A DNA stretch of 54,941 nucleotides, the filler included, from Catajapyx aquilonaris (taxonomy: Eukaryota): the NCBI GenBank assembly GCA_000934665.2. It is 3 parts of 3 records of this genome, joined end to end, with 100 filler letters (N's around TTAATTAATTAA, not from the genome) between each part and the next. Parts side by side here need not be neighbours in the genome. Positions count along the whole stretch, not along the records: positions 36,669 to 54,941 come from KZ539584.1; 2 more parts are not named here. One strand, 5' to 3'. Below the pieces are notes generated by a model, which searched no databases, was not told the origin of the DNA, and saw only the letters and a list, made by a program, of their open reading frames with translations. The position numbers and the translations under genes were made by a program. Below, piece by piece: positions 48,218 to 54,941 of this stretch (its first letter is position 1; every line of letters starts with the position of its first letter).

Positions 48218-51200
48218 CCCCCCCCCCTCTCCCTTCCCTAAATCTCGTTATCTGAACGAGCTCAATATTGCCCCGGAACTAATGGGTCAATATGACATTC
48301 CTTCCCTCAAGCACTATTGTGATGCGCGAAATAACAATTACACACTATATCCACTTGACCTACTGGGCCTCATTTTACGCGTCAACTGCCATGATATGGG
48401 AGTCCCAACTTGTCCTATTCCCGGAGATGAAAAACCGCCTGCCTTATCATTCTAACAATACCAGCAGATTTGGAGGTGATGGGGGTTTAAAACTATATGC
48501 TTGGGGTTCCATTTTCCTGATAGCTGGGGGCCAATATTTTGCAGGACTCCACAAACATGCTGCAGGTGATGTGGGCATTAGTTTTATAAGCTACCAATGC
48601 AACAAAGAGTTCTCTAATTTCCTGAAATCAGTGTTATCACATCAAATAACTCATCCTTAGTATACATGTCTGCTGCTGTTTCAATGTCATGGTAAAAGAT
48701 AACTCCTCCATGAGTTTTCACCGATGTCAACAGACCAATCTTGAGATTATTTCAAATGTAACCTTGACCGAACAAATACCTACCAAGAAAATGACTGGAT
48801 TACAATCCCCCACACCAAAAAAAAAACAAACACACATTTTAAACTGATGCAGATACTTAAACATCCCTTGTCATTAACTCAGTGATTACTATTAGCAGGG
48901 CACTGAACTGCTCATTAATATCAAATAAAATATTACATCATAGTTTCTAGGGTTATGTGATTATATGACTGATGGCTGACAAGATATCCCAAGTTATCCC
49001 ATACAGCAAACTGCCCAAGTTGACTCACCTGTCAAATAGTACAACGAATGTCAAGTCTGTTCATGCACAGCAGAAAGTGTGCATCAACAATTTTGATGCC
49101 TATTCCCTGGAATCCATTGGAGCACAATTAGCACGTCTACTTTGGCTACGCACTTTACACACAACCTGATTCGTTTGATTTTCCTCCACAAGTATTATCC
49201 CGTTTCTCAACAACAAACGTAGCCGGTGCCTTCTCCGAATAAAAATTAGAATACAATTACATGTGTTGCAAGAAAATGCCCTTGTTCTTGGAATTTGTCC
49301 ACATGAGGTACCGACATACACCATTCTTTTAGTCTTGGAATGCATTCCTGATTGGACCATCTCTTCTGCGAACTCTACGTCAATCACTGCCAAAGAATAC
49401 TGCACATTGTTGTAATCGGGGCTGTAGCATGGTTTCGTTTTAGGCGCCTGTGATTACAGTTTAGCCCTTCCCTTCCTGAATCATACGCAGAGCCATACTT
49501 TGGAATCTCTCAGGATTCACTTCATAAAAATAAGAGCATACGCATGTAAACATGCTGATTTTGAGTGCATTTCAAAATCCACATTTGAAAATGACTTCAT
49601 AAACTGTACATTAATTAAATGTCAACAGCAGCAGCAAGACAATCATAGATGAAAGTAACATTTTAAGAGCAATTTGTTTCCCATTTTAGCTGCGTGCCAC
49701 AATGATTATTCTAAGAATTGCTACCTTGTCAACTACTGCTGCAATTCAAAACCCTGCTTTATCAGTCTTCAGTGGGCCTGTTCAAGTAGTATTGGATGCA
49801 AGTAGTGTGGAAAGGCCTCAAATGTAACTTCCTGGTTCAAAAGTGAATCATTCTGATGCAGCCATAAAATGGAGAGGGCATAGGGAGAGTCAAATGCAAG
49901 GAGGGTACACACTGCTATTATTAGTGTTCATTAAAATGGTATCACAAGGCATTATATAGATGGGTCGGCGAACGAACGCAAGCAGATGGCCAATTTTATG
50001 ACAAGTCGGAATACAGTTTGTAATGTAATTCCTGTAATAAAATTGAGCACCTGCTTGCGTTCGTTCACCGACCCATCTATAGTACAAAGTGCTGGCAAGT
50101 TTGTAGCAAGTGAAAATGTTTTACAACCATATAGGCTTAAAACAATTTCCCCAAATCATGCTTGTTGCTTCAATTTCATGTCATGTATGCTCCCATCTCT
50201 ATGTGGCTGGTGATTACATTCTCGATGATATCTTGATTCTGGCTCTGGGAAAGACCCTATCCCCATATTTCTCATATTCAGGACTGTAACCCAACGTTAG
50301 GGTGCATGCATGGATTATGATGTTGGAGTGGTAGGATTCACCTATACTGCTGTTGAAACCTTGTGATTGCCAAGCACATAAATTACCTACCTAACAATAT
50401 GAATGGTAGAATTAATCATTTGATTTCATTTCAACATGGATTGTTTTTTGGCACCCACGTGCCAATAGAATCCCATCAAGTGGATGTGCAATCAGACAAT
50501 CACTTAGAATATTTAGGCTGGTTTAATGTTTTCCATTTAATGATACATCCCACCCTTATCTTAATCACACCCCACTACGGAGCGCCCACCCTGATAACTG
50601 AGGCTTGAAGAGGTCTGAAATTGTCATGCTTTGTTCATCATAATTGCTGAAGAACCCGATGCCAAATGCATGGCATATGACACGTCTTTATGAGCCTTAG
50701 TAATCAGGGTGAGCGCTCTGTAGTACGGTGGAATTCAGATAAGGCGGTGGGTTGGATGCACCTTAAGGAAAACAAAGTATAGCATCGTGTTGGGCAACCA
50801 GCGGGTTCATATACTAGAGTATATGTTACAATGTAATTTATCTTTACTCTACTTATCATTCATCATGCACCTCCACAGAAACAGGTTGTCACGGGTATTT
50901 AAATTAGCAGAAATTGCCTTAATTCAATTACTGGTAGGCCTACTGAAAATATTCTGGAATGATTCACCACACATTCATTATCCCTCCCTCATGAATAAAC
51001 AAAAATATTGACAGTACTGCAATCCAATATCTACCAGTATGTGCCATAACATCATTTGCCAATTCAGTGGCGATGACCAGTAGTCACATGGTGCTGTTGT
51101 TCCTCAGCCTATATGTAGGTCTAACCTTAGATGACCTTACTATTCTGGGTCCCGATAATCTCTCAATGAATCTTCATAATAATTACCACTTCGCACATAA

Positions 51201-51365
51201 TAATTCACTCCTGACTGTGCATCCATTATTGCACAGGTCAACATCGCCGATGTCATGCATGATTGACAAGCACTGTGTCAAGCACCCCTGCCCTCTTCCG
51301 CCGTTCCCTGTCATCCGACTGACTCCTCCCAAATCCGCGATTCCCTCGTGACAGCATGCACTTAC

Positions 51366-51770
51366 CTACGCAGTCGACCTTCCTTGTCCCGTAGTTGCCC
51401 CCTGCAACTTGGTCGTCGGCTTTGTCCGCCTCCTCCTCCTCCTCCGCCGCCTCTTCTTGGGCGGCCTCCACAGCTCCCGACCCAGCAGCCTCCTCCTTCT
51501 CCTCCCGACTCCCCCGGGACGTCTTCCCGCGGCGACACCACTCAAAAAGGGTTCTGAATCTACACTCACAATACCTGAAGTACACAGATCACTGGTAAAG
51601 TCACGCGCACTGTTGACAGCCACGAACTTAGCTGCGTCGTCGATGCCGATGTATGACAGTAGCGGGGTCACTGCCATGGGTCATCGGCTCCCCATCGAAC
51701 CGCCACCGCCACCCTCCCTCCTCCGCTGTTGCTGTCCATTCGCGCAGGGGGGGCCCACAGGGCCTGCAAC
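51366..51770 (-). other. Probable upstream (5' leader) exon of Smaug containing uORFs
   Basis: GC-rich block with a strong donor TAG|gtaagt at 51365 and an acceptor-like gtcag| at 51771. It lies between the COQ8 3' end and the Smaug coding exons on the same strand. Confidence 0.55.
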
Positions 51771-52319
51771 CTGACACGACCGATATTCATTCACTGACCC
51801 ATACACAACAACCCTTCTGACTTGCGGGAGAGCCAGACCTGGCGACGACACTGCCGACGACAGGACGGGAGATGTCTGAGCTTCACTTGTCGTCTACTCG
51901 GAATCGAACGGTCCTGCCTGCACCACCTAGCGGACCTGTGACGGAACCCTCCTGCTCTCTGTTGTTCTGTTTATGTTGGGTTTTTTTGCCGTATCGGGGG
52001 TCAGGACGGGAGGTAGGGGAGGTGCAACTCAGGGGGATAAACAAGAGCGGGTGTAGGCCTATATATAAAAAACTGGATTTTTTTTTTTGTGTGAAGAGGG
52101 AGGGGGTGGGGGAAGGTAGGGTTGGAAATACGAGGAAACCTGATACGACGCAATATCAAGGACGCTCAAGTTCACCCGTGTTATGAAACGGGGTTTCCAC
52201 TGCGCCGCGACATGAAGTTTGATGACCTCAGATTGCGTGGCTTAATACGTATTAATGTGTAATAATGTTTTTCGTAACTGAAACTGATGGACACCCATGG
52301 AGACCCTATAGCTACCAAT

Positions 52320-52540
52320 GGGCGGTTGTCCTGTCACGGTGGGGACTTCTACCTCTGAGGTCCTATGTTCGATCCCCGGATCTGAGAAAGGAATTTCTCC
52401 AATGGAAAGGGTTTCGATAGATTCTGTGTGTTCACATCGATTTTCTCGTGGGGTTCTCCCGTTTTATCCCGCAACCACAATCCATTAGCAATGCAAGAAT
52501 TTGATATAGGTGGGCTTTAAAAAGAGGATCTCCTATTATT
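52320..52540 (+). mobile_element. Diverged copy of the tRNA-derived SINE at 40866-41128
   Basis: GAGGTCCTATGTTCGATCCC and GGGGTTCTCCCGTTT..TCCCGCAA. Confidence 0.6.
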
Positions 52541-53408
52541 AAAGAGGCCACAGGCCTATCCTGGGCCAACCAATTATTACGTAAGACTCCTGCTAAGTTT
52601 TACTGTATTACCCTGCATAGAGTGGCATGCTGGTATGAAATGGGGCTGACCTAGGGTGAGGTAAACCCAGAGGAACCGGACAGTCGTGTAAATTGGGGCA
52701 ATTTTTATGAATTTCTTCCTCCCTTCAAAATTACCGGTATTCCATGTAAAATAAATACAAATGCTTTCAAATGTTTAAAATATTTTATGCAGATACTGAT
52801 ATGAGGCTCAAGAACTAAATCCTGAGCACCAGTAAATATTCTCTTTTTCTTTTCCTCTGCAGTGGTTTCATTTTTTTATGACTCAAAAAAATCACTTCTT
52901 GCAGGTAAAATATAGACCAAACCCAGCTCTATACCAGCAGACCCCCTCTTTATATCAGCATGCCGGTACAGCCATCAGAAGTGTGTTTTCTGAAATCTGG
53001 TCACACACTTTTACTGCATGCTGCTCTATGAGGGGTAATAAAGTACTGTATTATACCTTGACCACATCTTATTGCATGCCTGCATGCACATGGCCTGGAG
53101 CAGTTTGACTTAGCACTTTAACCACCTTTAGAGTGCAGATGTCACAAATTATATCCAGGTAGCGACTATTTAGGGCCCAAGTTTATGCCTTTTTTCCCTT
53201 TCTTGACCTTTGTAGGAAAATCTCCCAGATCAAATCAGTTCATTGAACAATACTACTATAAGTATGGAAAATTTTTACACTAGTAGGGAGTAATTTTGAC
53301 ATTTTTAAAAGTGGACCTCGGATGGTCACAAAATGGTTTTCTTTATTATGAAGAGATTTTCATTACTGGGAGGTTCATTGCAGAAAGAGTACACTGCACA
53401 CCTTAGTA

Positions 53409-53921
53409 CAATGCTTCCCAATCTTTTCTGTTGGTGACTCCAGATAATCGGCTTGCAAAATTCTCGACCCCCCTTTCAATTCTACTTTACCTCACCTCAG
53501 TGGTAGTTGATGACAATGATCATTAAATTAACACATCATCTCATTTACGGGCATATTTTTCCAGAGATATATGAAGACCTCCGGGGAAGAACAATCAAGG
53601 TCCACTTTTTGTCGAAAATGAGTTACATATCTCAGAAGATAGTTTCACTATCATAGAATATGATGGTTTGGTCGTGGTTGTGGAGTAATGATCATAGGTC
53701 ACTATGGAAGGCCCAGAACGTAGGATTTACAATAGAACATTATGGGCCTTTGAAATTTCAAATAGGAATATCTCAGTTTCACCTGAGGTGGACCTTGATC
53801 GTTCCTCCCCCAAGCTCTTCATATAATCATTTTATAAAAATAATGTTACCCTCCTTCGCGACCCCAAATATTATGTTCGTGACCCTAATTGGGGTCGCGA
53901 CCCACAGTTTGGGAAGCATTG
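53409..53921. mobile_element. hAT (Charlie-like) non-autonomous element
   Basis: Perfect 8-bp TSD CCTTAGTA at 53401-53408 and 53922-53929. TIR CAATGCTTCCCAA, subterminal GGGGTCGCGACCC. Confidence 0.88.
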
Positions 53922-54139
53922 CCTTAGTACGTGCTATCTCAACATTACTGAATGTAATTAACATTTTACTTTGAAGATATACAGTATTTTTAAAATGTTA
54001 CTGGCAGGTTTGCTATTTCAGGCACTCTTTCTTCCAACTCCTTACAGCCATTATCAGTCTGTATAAGTAAGCAGATTTAGTAACAAAGGAACAATTCAAC
54101 ATCTCAACCAATAATTACATACTACCTTGTGACAAAGTA

Positions 54140-54439
54140 CTAGGATGTAGTTTCTAATGACTCCTTTTCTTCAAACTGGTAGTCATTCCAAATCTTGTGG
54201 AAGAGTGGCTTGCAGGCAAACTTTGCTTTCAGCTTGGAACACAGAAGAAATGCACCTGCCAGTTTCCGATGTAAAGAATAACTCTCCTCTGGGGGAGGAC
54301 AAAGTCTGTGAGTCAACATGACAGGAACCAACTGATGCAGCCGCTTGGTGATGCTCTGGTTTCCAAAGTCAAAATCTCCATCTGCGTGAAAGGCCTCTCC
54401 TAATGTCATCACTGTTTGCACATGTGCATCTTCCATTAC
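54140..54439 (-). CDS. COQ8: Atypical kinase COQ8 (ADCK3/ADCK4), last coding exon
   Basis: [17 protein letters not shown]...FDFGNQ...[33 protein letters not shown]. Acceptor (t)n-cag|GTA, TAG at 54140-54142. Confidence 0.95.
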   Translation of the reverse strand, partial: VMEDAHVQTVMTLGEAFHADGDFDFGNQSITKRLHQLVPVMLTHRLCPPPEESYSLHRKLAGAFLLCSKLKAKFACKPLFHKIWNDYQFEEKESLETTS

Positions 54440-54941
54440 CTGAAAAAAAAAAAATGTGCCAAGCCAATTTTTCACATATAAGGACAAATTTTACAGGGTG
54501 TCCCAAAATTAGCTTGGGAATTTAAACAGATTCTAAAAAGAATTTTTTCTCTTGAGATGTTCTGACCAACTACTTGCCATTCTGGTCAGTCACATAGGAA
54601 ATGTCCACCATTCAACCAATACAATGTTATCTCTCCTAAAAATCATCGCATGTGTATGTAAGCATGAGGTTTCCTTGCCCACTTTTTTTACTGGTCATCT
54701 TGTAAATAAGCAACTTTATTGTCTACTGTGGACTAGGGATCATAATACCAGCCCATTTTGTTGCTTGAGAGTGGACAACAACAGTGTACCATGTGAAGTG
54801 GATACTATTATTATACAGGGTGTATCAGAGTCACAGGTCAAGCGCGCGTGAGGGGGTGGGGAAAAATCGCAGGTGGCGACAACCACGGTTGGTTTTATAA
54901 AAATACGGCTGTAATCAATTTATTTATTACGGTCTACGGCT

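Noticed and set aside
49100..49405. 101-aa minus-strand ORF as a Smaug coding exon
   Set aside because: No Smaug similarity, a non-ATG start, and a stop before the nearby donor.

Overview
Eukaryotic DNA, most likely arthropod, with introns and dense transposon content. It is not one contiguous locus. Two identical 100-bp spacers (44 N + TTAATTAATTAA + 44 N, at 18240-18339 and 36569-36668) join three pieces of about 18.2 kb each. Piece 1 has a putative orphan exon, a histone H3 pseudogene that kept its promoter, the first two coding exons of PPM1G (PP2C-gamma), many MITEs and a tandem Helitron pair. Piece 2 is a nest of decayed transposons (Academ-like, gypsy LTRs, a hAT split by an R1-like LINE, Myb/SANT and FLYWCH fragments) plus an intact three-exon THAP-domain ORF that the ORF track does not assemble. 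Piece 3 has 5' coding exons of Smaug/SAMD4, a uORF-rich upstream exon, the last exon of COQ8/ADCK3-4, and nested MITEs, SINEs and Helitron pieces. I found no convincing novel multi-gene system. The best leads are the Smaug leader and its Arg-rich uORF, the THAP ORF, the H3 orphon, identical inverted MITEs flanking Smaug exons, and an unclassified hairpin repeat family. All calls come from manual reading; no searches were run.
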